A stretch of 64,000 nucleotides of DNA from Alphaproteobacteria bacterium (lineage in GTDB: Bacteria > Pseudomonadota > Alphaproteobacteria > UBA2966), in the NCBI GenBank assembly GCA_964291395.2, contig OZ219856.1, positions 2,572,439 through 2,636,438 of the forward strand, written 5' to 3'. The notes beneath the pieces are model-generated. The model worked only from the letters and a program-made list of their open reading frames with translations. It searched no databases and was not told where the DNA came from. Positions 28,448-38,647 of this stretch are shown one piece after another. The first letter of the stretch is position 1. Every line of letters begins with the position of its first letter. A program made the position numbers and the translations under genes.

Positions 28448-30394
28448 TCAATCGGGCTTGCCGTTGTAGCGTAGAACCAGACATGTGATGTCGTCCGACT
28501 GCGCCGCCTCGCCGACGAAATCGGCGACCGCGAGGGTCACGTTTTCGATCACGGCGTCGACGGAGATCTGGTTGCCGGTCGACAGCACGGTTTCCAGGCG
28601 CGCCTCCTCGAACATATCGCCGCCGACGTCCATCGCCTCGGAAATGCCGTCGGTGTAAAGGAACAGCGTGTCCCCTATGGTAAGCGTCAGGCTGTTTTCC
28701 TCGTATGGCAGGTCCGGCATGACGCCGATCGCGACGCCGCCGGTCAACGGCAACGTCTCGACCTCACCGTCCCGCCGAACGAGGAACGGCGCATTGTGAC
28801 CGGCATTGGCGTAGGAGAAACGGCCCGTCCCGGGATCCAGAATACCGTAGAACAACGTGACGAACAGATCGTGGGGGTTCTGGGCGCAGATCCCGTCATT
28901 GACAAGGCGCAGGCAGGCGCCGGCCCGGTCCGTGTCGTTCGCGGCGGTGCGCGTGACCGTCCTCGCGATCGCCATGAAGAACGCCGCCGAGACGCCCTTG
29001 CCGGAGACGTCGGCGATCACCACGCCGAGACGGCCGTCCGGCAGGGTGAAGAAATCGTAGAAGTCGCCGCCCATCTCGCGCGCCGGGGTCATCAGGGCGT
29101 GCCCCGAATAGGCGTCGTGGCTCGGCATGGTCTTGGGCAGGATCGCGCCCTGCAGGGAATGCGCGATGGCCAGCTCGTCCTCCATGCGCCGTTTCGCCTG
29201 ATCGAGTTCCGCGTTCTTCTCCTCGAGGTCCCGCGTGCGCGCCGCCACCAGGGCTTCCAGATGATCCTCGCGCGCCTGGACCTCGCGGGCCATCGCCTGA
29301 AACACGCGGATCAGCCGTCCCAGCTCGTCCCGCCGGCGCCCGATGCGGTCGAGCGATTCCGGGACGAAACTGCGCCGGTCCATCTCCTCGGCCGCCTGGG
29401 TCAGCGCCATGACCGGCCGCGTGATGCGGCGGGCCGACAATATTGCGGTCACCGAGCCGACCAGGAAGGCGGCGGCCGCGACCATGAAGCCGAATCTGAG
29501 ATAATCGGCAAGCAGTCGGTCCAACTGGTCGCGGGGCATGTGGATGACGGCAACGCCAGTGGCTACGCCGCCGCGGTCCAGGACGGGCGCGGCGACGTGG
29601 AGCGCATCGTCGCTCAGTACCGATTGCGCGCCCGCGTTCAGCGCCCGGCCGGCGAGCGACCGGTCGACCGCCAGGAACGCCGGCCCCGGCACACCGGCAT
29701 GCGCGTCGGTCGCGACCGCAGCCGTCACCTCGAGAGAATCGTCAACCACCCAGATCGCCCGGACTCCCGGTTGCCCGGCCAGCGAACCGAGCGCTGCCAC
29801 CAGACCGAAGGTCTCGCGCAGGCCCGTGGTCTTGTCGGCCAGGCTGCCGACCAGCACCAATCCGCCGCTGCGGGCGCGGACGCCGACGTATTGCAGGGGC
29901 CGCTCCAACCCGTCCCGCGGCACCGGCCGAAGGGCGACGGAGAAGCGGCGTCCCGACAGGAGGGTCTGCAAGACCGGTCCGTCGATCTCCTCGAGCGCCA
30001 TGCCGACGCCGGTCTGGCTGAGCCCATTGATGGCGCGCGCCGACGGCGCTCCGGTTTCGTCCAGTACCCAGATGTCGTCGATGACACTGTCCGACGTTAT
30101 CTCCGCGAGGTGGATGGCAAGCCCCTTCGCGTCGCTGCCGACGACCTCGGCCAGGTGAGCCAGGGCGATCGCCTGCGCCTCGTTCTCGCGCGCGACGAAA
30201 CGGTCGATCTCGTCGGATATCATGCCGGTCCGGTTGGCTTCGCCCGCGATCAGGCCGGCGACGAGCCGTGCCTGATTCTCCGCCTGGTCGACCAGCGCAT
30301 CGCGCGCCAGCAAGCCCATCGCCGTCGCCACGCCGAGAATGGCGACACCGACCGACGCCGAGACGATCAGGATGAGATGCCGGGAGAGGCTCAT
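28448..30394 (-). CDS. Membrane sensor PP2C (SpoIIE/RsbU-type) phosphatase with extracytoplasmic domain and HAMP
   Basis: Two TM helices, HAMP (ITRPVMAL...RRDELGRL), GGDFYD, IADVSGKG, NAGH, LYTDG, DDIT. Confidence 0.92.
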   Translation of the reverse strand: MSLSRHLILIVSASVGVAILGVATAMGLLARDALVDQAENQARLVAGLIAGEANRTGMISDEIDRFVARENEAQAIALAHLAEVVGSDAKGLAIHLAEITSDSVIDDIWVLDETGAPSARAINGLSQTGVGMALEEIDGPVLQTLLSGRRFSVALRPVPRDGLERPLQYVGVRARSGGLVLVGSLADKTTGLRETFGLVAALGSLAGQPGVRAIWVVDDSLEVTAAVATDAHAGVPGPAFLAVDRSLAGRALNAGAQSVLSDDALHVAAPVLDRGGVATGVAVIHMPRDQLDRLLADYLRFGFMVAAAAFLVGSVTAILSARRITRPVMALTQAAEEMDRRSFVPESLDRIGRRRDELGRLIRVFQAMAREVQAREDHLEALVAARTRDLEEKNAELDQAKRRMEDELAIAHSLQGAILPKTMPSHDAYSGHALMTPAREMGGDFYDFFTLPDGRLGVVIADVSGKGVSAAFFMAIARTVTRTAANDTDRAGACLRLVNDGICAQNPHDLFVTLFYGILDPGTGRFSYANAGHNAPFLVRRDGEVETLPLTGGVAIGVMPDLPYEENSLTLTIGDTLFLYTDGISEAMDVGGDMFEEARLETVLSTGNQISVDAVIENVTLAVADFVGEAAQSDDITCLVLRYNGKPD

Positions 30395-31023
30395 TGTTGC
30401 CTCGCGGCCAGGCGGGCGCGCAGGGCCCGCATCGCCAGGGCCACGACCGCCGCGAAGGCGAGAAACCAGACCATGGCATAGAGATAGACCCAGAACGTAA
30501 ACTCGGCCCTGCCTATCGCGCCGATCACGGTCTCGGCCCGGTGGACGAGTTCGGGCACGCCGATGACCGAGGCCGTGGCGGAGGCCATGACGATGATCAG
30601 GAAATAGCTCGTCCAGGAGGGAAGGAACAACAGCGCCTCGGCGGTCTCGCCGCGCCTCAGATGCCGCAGCGCGGCAAGCGCGTTGTCGGACACGTAACCG
30701 GCGACCGCGATCGCCAGCGCGAGCGACGCCTTGAACCAGGCCGGCACGGTGACGACGACGCCCAGAACCTCGAAGGTTCCGGGGACGGCATAGGCGAGAT
30801 AGAACAACATGACGAAGGTCGGCGCCCCACGCGCGAACGCCGTGAGCGCGCTGCCGGTCTGCTTGACGCCCGGCGCGGTGCCGCCCCGCAGCGCCGCGAG
30901 CAGCAGGCCGACCGCCGTCCCGATCGCCATCGCGGCCAGCGAGACGATCATGTTCCAGCCGAAACCCGCCGCCAGATAGGGCGTCCAGGTGATCAGCACG
31001 TCGGCGACGTCCACCATCATCAT
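30391..31023 (-). CDS. Polar amino acid ABC-type permease lacking the EAA loop
   Basis: RGAPTFVMLFY and ASVIGVPELV match HisM-type permeases; no EAA-x3-G motif; ATGA overlaps at both ends. Confidence 0.8.
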   Translation of the reverse strand: MMMVDVADVLITWTPYLAAGFGWNMIVSLAAMAIGTAVGLLLAALRGGTAPGVKQTGSALTAFARGAPTFVMLFYLAYAVPGTFEVLGVVVTVPAWFKASLALAIAVAGYVSDNALAALRHLRRGETAEALLFLPSWTSYFLIIVMASATASVIGVPELVHRAETVIGAIGRAEFTFWVYLYAMVWFLAFAAVVALAMRALRARLAARQQ

Positions 31024-32630
31024 GACGCGTGCTCCCGGTGCTCCCAGCGGCGGAAGATCCGGACCGTGACGATGACCAGCACGAAATAGCAGATCAGCAG
31101 CAGGTTCATCATCACGTCATCGTTGCCTTTCTCGGCCACGATGGCGGTGCTGGCGTGCACCAGTTCGGGCAATGCCAGGGTGCTGGCCATGCCGGTCGCC
31201 TTGACGATGTTGACCGAATTGCCCATCACCGCGGCGTGGCACAGCCCCAGCGCGCGGCGGATCTCGGCGATCCTGAAACCCAATCGGCTGCCCTCGCCGG
31301 CCGCCACGTCCGCCGCCAGAGCGAACGCGACGGCATTGCTGGCCGCGGCATAGAACGACAAGACCACGGATGCGACCGTGAACGCGTCGAGCGAAAAGCC
31401 GAGCGCCAGGATGACGCCGCCAAGGCCAAAGAAGACGACATAGAGCTGCAGGAGCGGCGGCGTCATGCGCAAGGTCGCGCAAAGAGCCTGCAGGACGACC
31501 GCGACGACAGGGGTCCGTCGATGCATCAACCAGCCGAACAGAACACCCAGGCCTATGCCGCCCGCCACCGTCACGACGGACAGCGCGACCGTCAAGGCCA
31601 GGCCGAACAGAAAGATGTCGCGGTCCAACGGATCGTAGAGCAGGCTGACGTCGAGACCGGTCGCTTCCATCAACGTCAGGGAGACGCCCGAAATGCCGCC
31701 GAGCTCGCCGCCGGCGACCAGCGCGACCTCGCGGCATGCGAGCGGCCATTTTCCGGTGCCGTCGCGCCGGCAGACGAGATCGCCGGCCTCGTCGGTCTCC
31801 TGCCAGGTCAACCGGGCCCGCCGCAGATAGGGCGAGGGAGGCAACTCCCACCGCTTCTCCAGTTCCTGCAGAAAGCCTCCGCGATGCCATCCGGCGAGCG
31901 TATCGCCGAGCAGCCGGTCGAGGCTGCTGCCCGCCGCCTCCTTGGCGATGGCGACCGCCCATGGGAACACGAAGCGCGTCGGCAGCGAGACGCCATAGCC
32001 CTCCCACTCGCCGCTCCTCAGCTCGTTCAGCAGGTTGACCTCGTCGTACAGCCAGCCGATGCAGTGCTCGTTGCGCAGGGCGAGCGCGGCCTCGCGCGTG
32101 GAGTTGAGAGAGATTGTCTCGACCAGCAGCCGTTCGCGGGCGAGGCGATTCCACAGCGAGCCCTGGACGCTGCACAGGGTGCGGCCCCGCAGGTCCGCCC
32201 AATCCGAGATCCCCGCATCCGGACGCAACAGGACGTTGGCGCCGTCGCCGTAGTACTGTGGTTCCACCATGTGGACGAGTTCCCGGCGGCTGCGGGTGTC
32301 GCCCAGTGTGGCGACGACGATGTCGATCTCGCCGCGCTGCAGTTTCTGCAGACGATTGGCGCTGGTCACCGGCGTCAACCGCAGCGAGACGCCGATGACT
32401 TCGGCGAAGGCGCGGGCGACGTCGACATCGTAGCCGACGAGGTTTCCGTCGGCGTCGGGGAAGCCGAAGGGCCGGTAGTCGGCCTTGACCCCGGCGATCA
32501 GATGGCCGCGCTCTCGGATCTCCTCAAGCCGGTCGGCCACGGCCGGGCCGGTGCCGCAAAGCCAGACGGCGACGGCGAGAATGACGAGGCCCGCGCGGTG
32601 GCGGGGACGGTCCCGGTCGGTCGCACTCAC
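31020..32630 (-). CDS. Fusion of family-3 amino acid binding protein and ABC-type permease
   Basis: RLEEIRERGHLIAGVKADYRPFG, TSANR, GEIDIVVAT; C-terminal RMTPPLLQL, NIVKATGMAS; GTG start overlapping the upstream stop. Confidence 0.85.
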   Translation of the reverse strand: MSATDRDRPRHRAGLVILAVAVWLCGTGPAVADRLEEIRERGHLIAGVKADYRPFGFPDADGNLVGYDVDVARAFAEVIGVSLRLTPVTSANRLQKLQRGEIDIVVATLGDTRSRRELVHMVEPQYYGDGANVLLRPDAGISDWADLRGRTLCSVQGSLWNRLARERLLVETISLNSTREAALALRNEHCIGWLYDEVNLLNELRSGEWEGYGVSLPTRFVFPWAVAIAKEAAGSSLDRLLGDTLAGWHRGGFLQELEKRWELPPSPYLRRARLTWQETDEAGDLVCRRDGTGKWPLACREVALVAGGELGGISGVSLTLMEATGLDVSLLYDPLDRDIFLFGLALTVALSVVTVAGGIGLGVLFGWLMHRRTPVVAVVLQALCATLRMTPPLLQLYVVFFGLGGVILALGFSLDAFTVASVVLSFYAAASNAVAFALAADVAAGEGSRLGFRIAEIRRALGLCHAAVMGNSVNIVKATGMASTLALPELVHASTAIVAEKGNDDVMMNLLLICYFVLVIVTVRIFRRWEHREHAS

Positions 32631-33478
32631 GGAGCGCCCGGGAGCAGAGGTTTGCTCACTATGAGAAATCCGTAGCCGCCGGCCGCGGGCACAAACCGGC
32701 ACGCCAAGTCGTCGAGCCGGCCGAGCAGCGGCCTGCCGACGACGACACTCTCGGGCAGCAGACTCTCGGGCTCGATGCTCTCGATTCGAAACCCCGCAGC
32801 CGAGAGGTCGTGCCGCGCCTCCGATGGAGAGAAGAGATGGTAGAACAGCCGGATCTCATCCGCGCCGCCGCCCCGCGTGTAGAGAACGTCTCCGGGCTCC
32901 AGTTCGCCGGCCCGGACCAGGGGGGCCACCGAGCGCTGTTCCGCTCGAAACCGCCGCCTCGCGTTCGGCAGGCCGAGGATCAAAACGCCATCCGGCTTCA
33001 GCATCTCGCGAACCGTGCCGAGCAGGCGCAGGCGCTGCTTCCGTCCGGCGACGTGCCCCAGAACTCCGAAGGTCAAAAGCGCCAGATCGAACGCCCGCTC
33101 GTGCGTTTCGACCAAAGCCGCCAAGTCGCCGTTGCGGATGACGAGCCGTCCGTCGCCGACGAAGGCGCGCAAGCGCTCCGCCATCACCCGGCACGCCGCC
33201 GGGCAGACATCGTACGCCACGCCGCTCGCCCGGGTCAGTTCCATCAGCGGCAAGGTGTAGCGTCCGGTGCCGGCCCCGAAGTCGAGAAACCGGCCTCCTT
33301 CCCGCAGGCAGCGCAAGGATTTCCTCAACGTGCGCCTGTTCGGGCGCGGGTAGCGCCGGTCGTAGAGGCCCGAGGAGATGTAGGTATCGTAACCGCCGCG
33401 CACGTCCGGCACGCCCACCCGGGGCACGGGCTCGTCCTTGCCCATGGCGTCGGTAACGCCACTGGGTACGCTCATCAT
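32627..33478 (-). CDS. Class I SAM-dependent methyltransferase
   Basis: FLDFGAGTGRY, FDLAL, LKPDGVLIL; ATG after AAAGGAGG. Confidence 0.88.
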   Translation of the reverse strand: MMSVPSGVTDAMGKDEPVPRVGVPDVRGGYDTYISSGLYDRRYPRPNRRTLRKSLRCLREGGRFLDFGAGTGRYTLPLMELTRASGVAYDVCPAACRVMAERLRAFVGDGRLVIRNGDLAALVETHERAFDLALLTFGVLGHVAGRKQRLRLLGTVREMLKPDGVLILGLPNARRRFRAEQRSVAPLVRAGELEPGDVLYTRGGGADEIRLFYHLFSPSEARHDLSAAGFRIESIEPESLLPESVVVGRPLLGRLDDLACRFVPAAGGYGFLIVSKPLLPGAP

Positions 33479-33611
33479 TCCTCCTTTGGCCTCGGTCCGT
33501 CGGGGCTTGTCACCCAAGCGACTGTACCATTAGGCTACCGGCGTCGGTCCGACCCTACTATCGACTGTCCCAGGGAGCAATTCCTGAAATCACGTCGATG
33601 CCCTTGGGCGC

Positions 33612-34607
33612 ATGGCGAAGCAGGGCGGTCGCGAAAGGGCCGGGGACGAGAACCTGCGGACGCGCAACACCTCGATTGCCCATGGCGAAAAGGGGCGGAG
33701 ATTGAGATCACGAGAGAACGGTTGGTCGCGAGCGCGGCGACTGGCGGCCCTGCCGATGTTGGCGGCGCTGGCGACGGTCCACGCCGGGGTGCATGCGGCG
33801 GACGGCGTCCTCGACCAGATCGCGGCCGACGGCGTGATGCGCGCGGGCACGAGAGCCAACGCGGCGCCCTTCGCCCAGAAGACGGCCTCGGGAGAGTTCG
33901 AGGGATTCTCCGTCGACCTGCTCGGGGAGATCCGTGCGGCGGCAGAGAGGACGGTCGGCCGGACCGTCAGCCTCGAGCTTCACGAGGTGACCCCCGCCGA
34001 TCGGCTGCAGCGCGTCGCCGCCGGTGAGATCGACATCGTCTGCGGCATCACCACGCCAACCTGGAACCGGGAAGACCTGGTGGACTTTTCCCTGCCGTTC
34101 TTCCGCGACGGTACCCGTGTCATGGTGTATCGCGGGCATGGAGACCGCGCCCTGGATCTCGGCCGGCTGAAGGTGGGCGTGGTGGAGGGCACCACCACCG
34201 TGACCGTCGTGAAGGATCGGCTGCCCGGCGCCAGCCTCCACGTCTACGCCAACATGGGCGACGCGATGCGCGGGCTGGAGACGGGCGAGGTCGAGGGCGT
34301 GGCCAACGTCGGCGTCGTGCTGCTCGGGCTGGCCGAACGCAGCAAGCCGCGGCGCAGCGTCCTGCTGCTGCCGAGGACGCGCGCGTTGGCGACTGAGGCC
34401 CTGGCCTGCGTTCTACCGCAGAACGACAGCCGCTGGCGCGACCTGGTCAACAGGACCCTCGTCGGAATGTTCGCCGACGTGCAGGACTTCAACGGCCGCT
34501 ACGAGGAAATCTACGATCACTGGTTTGGCCGCGACGGCGCGCTGTTCTATCCGCTCGACCGCGCGACGCGCGACTACCTCGGCAACGTCTCGATCTGGGC
34601 CAGATGA
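33612..34607 (+). CDS. Family-3 amino acid binding protein (GltI-like); true start may be nearer 33756
   Basis: GFSVDL, VTPADRL, IDIVCGITTPTWNREDLVDFS, GTTT, IYDHWFG. Confidence 0.88.
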   Translation: MAKQGGRERAGDENLRTRNTSIAHGEKGRRLRSRENGWSRARRLAALPMLAALATVHAGVHAADGVLDQIAADGVMRAGTRANAAPFAQKTASGEFEGFSVDLLGEIRAAAERTVGRTVSLELHEVTPADRLQRVAAGEIDIVCGITTPTWNREDLVDFSLPFFRDGTRVMVYRGHGDRALDLGRLKVGVVEGTTTVTVVKDRLPGASLHVYANMGDAMRGLETGEVEGVANVGVVLLGLAERSKPRRSVLLLPRTRALATEALACVLPQNDSRWRDLVNRTLVGMFADVQDFNGRYEEIYDHWFGRDGALFYPLDRATRDYLGNVSIWAR

Positions 34608-34861
34608 CCGCCCCGGTGTTCGCCGGAGACGTTCGATGCTCCGCCCCCGAGTCGGCGGCCGCTCGTTCGCAACTCGGTGACGGCGGCGTCCGTGCCCAGA
34701 ACCACCACGAAAAATCTCCGCCCGCGACCGCGCGGACGCACGCGGATGCGAAAGCCGGCCTCAACCGATAGGATCGACTCACTGCCGCTACCCGTCGGAT
34801 CATGCGGCCGTGACAAGGGCCGGCCAGCCGATCGCCCCTTACGCCTCGGCCACAAGCGCAC

Positions 34862-36745
34862 ATGACCCTCCCTCTCCGTCGTGCCGTAAGCCTCATCACC
34901 GGCCGCGGCCCGAGGCAAGGTGATGGGGGGCCGCACCCCGAGCCGTCACGCGGACGCTTGGCCGTGGCCGTCCTTCTGGCCCTGTCGGCAGACGGCATCG
35001 AACCGCTGGCCGCACAGGATCACGGCATCGCCATGCACGGCGACCTCAAGTACGAGGCCGGCTTCGGTCATCTCGATTACGTCTATCCCGACGCGCCAAA
35101 GGGGGGCGAGCTCCGACGTGCCGCGACGGGCACCTTCGACAACCTCAACCCGTTCATCATCAAGGGTGTGCCGGCGCGTGGGAGTCACTTGCCCTTCGAA
35201 AGCCTCCTGAAAAGGACGTGGGACGAGCCGTTCTCGCTTTACGGTCTGATCGCCGAATCGATCGAGGTGCCGGATGACCGTTCTTCCGTTACCTTCGTGT
35301 TGCGACCGGAAGCGCATTTCCACGACGGCCGTTCGATCACCGCGGATGATGTCGTCTTTTCCTGGGAGATCCTGAAGGAACAAGGAAGGCCCAACCACCG
35401 GCTATATTACCGGCAGGTGCAGCGCATCGAGCGGCCTGATGCGCGCTCGGTACGGTTTGTCTTCGATTCCGAGGCGCCGGACCGCGAGCTGCCGCTGATC
35501 ATCGGATTGATGCCGATCCTGTCCAAGTCTTACTACGCGGCGGTGACGTTCGAGAAAACGACGCTCGATCCACCGCTCGGCAGCGGTCCCTATCGTGTTG
35601 AGAGCGTGGACGCGGGCCGCAGCATCGTCTATCGCCGCGATCCCGAATATTGGGGGCGCCACCTGCCCATCAACCGCGGGCAGCACAACTTCGACCGCAT
35701 TCGCTACGACTACTACCGCGACGGCAACGTGATGATGGAGGCTTTCAAGGCGGGCGAGTACGACCTTCGTCGGGAACACTCCGCGAAACGTTGGGCAACC
35801 GCGTACGACTTCCCTGCCGCCGCGGACGGCCGCGTCAAGCTCGAACGCCTGCCGCACGGTCGCCCCTCCGGCATGTTCGCCTTCGTTTTCAACACGCGGC
35901 GGGAGGTTTTCGTTGACCGCACGGTTCGCCGCGCCCTGGCGCACGCCTTCGACTTCGCCTGGGTCAACGAGACGCTGCTGCACGGCGCCTACATCCGTAC
36001 ACGCAGCATCTTCGATAACTCGGAACTCGGTTCGCGAGGTGTTCCGCGAGGTCTCGAGCGCGATCTGCTGGAACCCTTTCGGAAGCGTCTGCCTCCCGAG
36101 TTGTTCGAGGGCACCTACCGTCCGCCGGCTGTCGACGGCGGCATCCGAGCCAACCTCAAGGCGGCGCGGCGCCTGCTGGCCGAGGCAGGCTGGGTGGTGC
36201 GGAAAGGATCGCTACGGCGCGCGCAAGACGGACTGCCGATGGCATTCGAGATCCTGCTCGTGGATTCGGCGAACGAGAAAATCGCCCTCTCGTTTGCCCG
36301 GAACCTCGAGCGCCTGGGCGCACAGGTGCGGGTCCGGACGGTGGACACACCGCAATACCGGTACAGGCTGAACGCCTACGACTTCGACATGATCGTTTAC
36401 CGCTGGGGCATGTCGCTTTCACCGGGGAACGAGCAGGCGTACTATTGGGGCATCGCGGCGGCAGCGCAGGAGGGGACGCGCAACTACCCGGGGGTGCGGG
36501 ATCCGGTCGTCGATGAACTCATCGATCGCATGACCAAGGCGCGCGAACGCGATGCCTTCGTCGACATCGTCCGCGCCATGGACAGGGTGCTGTTGTGGGG
36601 GCACTACTTCGTTCCCCTCTACCATCTGAACGAAGATCGAATCGCCTATTGGGACAAGTTCGGTCGGCCTGACATCACACCCTTATATGGAATCGTGATG
36701 GAAGCGTGGTGGGAGGACTCCGACAAGGCGAAAACCGGACGGTGA
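34862..36745 (+). CDS. Family-5 solute-binding protein, YejA-like
   Basis: HGIAMHGDLKY, PDAPKGG, TFDNLNPFIIKG, PLGSGPY, SPGNEQ, DRVLLWGHY. Confidence 0.88.
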   Translation: MTLPLRRAVSLITGRGPRQGDGGPHPEPSRGRLAVAVLLALSADGIEPLAAQDHGIAMHGDLKYEAGFGHLDYVYPDAPKGGELRRAATGTFDNLNPFIIKGVPARGSHLPFESLLKRTWDEPFSLYGLIAESIEVPDDRSSVTFVLRPEAHFHDGRSITADDVVFSWEILKEQGRPNHRLYYRQVQRIERPDARSVRFVFDSEAPDRELPLIIGLMPILSKSYYAAVTFEKTTLDPPLGSGPYRVESVDAGRSIVYRRDPEYWGRHLPINRGQHNFDRIRYDYYRDGNVMMEAFKAGEYDLRREHSAKRWATAYDFPAAADGRVKLERLPHGRPSGMFAFVFNTRREVFVDRTVRRALAHAFDFAWVNETLLHGAYIRTRSIFDNSELGSRGVPRGLERDLLEPFRKRLPPELFEGTYRPPAVDGGIRANLKAARRLLAEAGWVVRKGSLRRAQDGLPMAFEILLVDSANEKIALSFARNLERLGAQVRVRTVDTPQYRYRLNAYDFDMIVYRWGMSLSPGNEQAYYWGIAAAAQEGTRNYPGVRDPVVDELIDRMTKARERDAFVDIVRAMDRVLLWGHYFVPLYHLNEDRIAYWDKFGRPDITPLYGIVMEAWWEDSDKAKTGR

Positions 36746-36854
36746 CGGGCGCAGATGATCGGAAGGGCCCGCGGACAAACGGCACCGTCTCGGGACGACG
36801 ACGCCGGAGATCCGGCTCCATAAGGGGCCCGACGCGAGCCGCTCGACCGGAAAA

Positions 36855-37259
36855 TCAGCAGACTGAGGAGAGACCTTCGACCGCCACGGCGCGAGCGAGA
36901 GCCTTGTCAAGGGTCGCAAGCGGCGCCGCGTGTCTTGCCGCCAATTCCAGATAAATTGCGTCGTAGAACGACAAACCGTGTCTCTCCGCCAGAGCGAATG
37001 CGATGTCCAGATCGGGGTCCGTGTCGGTACGGATGGGCAAATCATACAAGGCGCTCAGGCGCTCCGCCGGCCCGTCGGAGGCAGATCGGCCACGCCGGAC
37101 CGCCACGAGAAGGTCGTTGCGCAGTTCCAGATGCCATAGATGCGGGACCAGCGCCTCATCGTCTTCCAGGCGCCTCAACGCCGACTCCGCCGCGGGCACC
37201 GCCTCGTCACCCAACAGCCAAGCAACCGCGACCGAGGTATCGAGGACAAAGAGGCTCAC
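36855..37259 (-). CDS. vapC: PIN-domain toxin
   Basis: VLDTSVAVAW, LELRN, LSFYDAIYLELA, LATLD; GTGA overlap with antitoxin. Confidence 0.9.
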   Translation of the reverse strand: MSLFVLDTSVAVAWLLGDEAVPAAESALRRLEDDEALVPHLWHLELRNDLLVAVRRGRSASDGPAERLSALYDLPIRTDTDPDLDIAFALAERHGLSFYDAIYLELAARHAAPLATLDKALARAVAVEGLSSVC

Positions 37260-37507
37260 AGGCGATGCCCGTGATGGCGTGCCTGCGGAATATCGTCGAT
37301 GGACATGGCGACGGGTCTCCATTCGCCGCTGCGGCGGCGAAAGCGTGCCATGGCCCGCTTGTGGTCGGTGCGCTCACCCGCCGGTGCCGGGATCACATGT
37401 GCTATCGCCTGGCCATGCCGGGTAATCGCCACGGTCTCGCCGCGCTCGACCGTGCGGAGGAGTTCGGCCAAACGTGCCTTGGCTTCGGTTGCCTGTATGA
37501 CGCGCAT
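37256..37507 (-). CDS. vapB: Phd/YefM-family antitoxin
   Basis: [27 protein letters not shown]; AACCGGWCAT direct repeat upstream (37518-37540). Confidence 0.88.
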   Translation of the reverse strand: MRVIQATEAKARLAELLRTVERGETVAITRHGQAIAHVIPAPAGERTDHKRAMARFRRRSGEWRPVAMSIDDIPQARHHGHRL

Positions 37508-37668
37508 CGCGAGATCCAACCGGTCATTATAACCGGACATATCCCATCATGCGTCGCTGGAGACTGGCAACCCGTTCGCGGCCTTGCGCCACTCGGCGTT
37601 TGAAAGAGAACCGGTTTCGCGGTGCGGCGGCATCGCCGTGCGCCGGGCGCCAAACTAGCCAGCGTCCC

Positions 37669-38568
37669 GTGGCGCATGTAGGATCGGCGGCGGCGCCTAC
37701 GGGACGGCCCGCCGACCCGTATGCCGAGGGGGGACGCGCGATTCCGAGTTCTGACGACCGAGTCACGATCGACGAGGGAGGCGACCCCGCGTTCGAGCGG
37801 GGCGGCACGGCTCTGGCGGTCGAAGACGTGCACAAGAGCTTCGGCCCGGTCGAGGTCCTGAAGGGCGTCTCCCTCGGCGCGAACGATCACGACGTGGTCT
37901 CGATACTCGGCTCGAGCGGCTCGGGCAAGAGCACCCTGCTGCGCTGCATCAATCTGCTGGAAACTCCCGATTCGGGCCGCGTGTACGTGAAGGGGGAACT
38001 CATCCGGATGCGCGAGAGCCGCCGGGGCGGCCCGGTTCCCGAGAATCCGAAGCAAGTGGAGCGGATACGCGGGAAGCTCGCGATGGTGTTCCAACAGTAC
38101 AATCTATGGTCGCACATGACGGTCATTCAGAACGTCATCGAGGCACCGGTGCACGTGCTCAAGCTTCCCCGCGCCGAAGCCATCGAGCGCGGCGAGGAGG
38201 AGCTGCGACGAGTGGATATGTACGATCGCCGCGACTACTATCCGGCCCATCTTTCGGGCGGACAGCAGCAGCGCGCGGCGATTGCCCGCGCTCTCGCGAT
38301 GCAGCCCGACGTGATGCTGTTCGACGAGCCCACGTCGGCGCTCGATCCGGAGCTGGTCGGCGAGGTGCTGCGAGTGATGCGCGGCTTGGCCGAGGAAGGC
38401 CGCACCATGCTGGTGGTCACCCACGAGATGGGTTTCGCCCGGGAGGTGTCGGACCGGGTGATGTTTCTCCATGAAGGCAGAGTGGAGGAGAACGGGAAAC
38501 CGGACGAAGTGTTCCAGAATCCGAAGTCGGAGCGCTTCCGGCAATTCCTCGCCGGAACGTTGAGATGA
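37669..38568 (+). CDS. Polar amino acid ABC transporter ATPase (HisP/AotP-like); start uncertain
   Basis: [33 protein letters not shown]. Confidence 0.92.
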   Translation: MAHVGSAAAPTGRPADPYAEGGRAIPSSDDRVTIDEGGDPAFERGGTALAVEDVHKSFGPVEVLKGVSLGANDHDVVSILGSSGSGKSTLLRCINLLETPDSGRVYVKGELIRMRESRRGGPVPENPKQVERIRGKLAMVFQQYNLWSHMTVIQNVIEAPVHVLKLPRAEAIERGEEELRRVDMYDRRDYYPAHLSGGQQQRAAIARALAMQPDVMLFDEPTSALDPELVGEVLRVMRGLAEEGRTMLVVTHEMGFAREVSDRVMFLHEGRVEENGKPDEVFQNPKSERFRQFLAGTLR

Positions 38569-38647
38569 CGGCGTGGGCCCCGGTGCGGACAAAGGTCCCA
38601 CCCAACCGTCGCCGACCCACCCCGTCCAAACGAAAGGAGGAGCCAAC

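Noticed and set aside
37669-38568. HisP as the missing ATPase of the 30-32 kb permeases
   Set aside because: It belongs to its own complete four-gene transporter, and the 30-32 kb permeases lack the docking loop; not formally excluded
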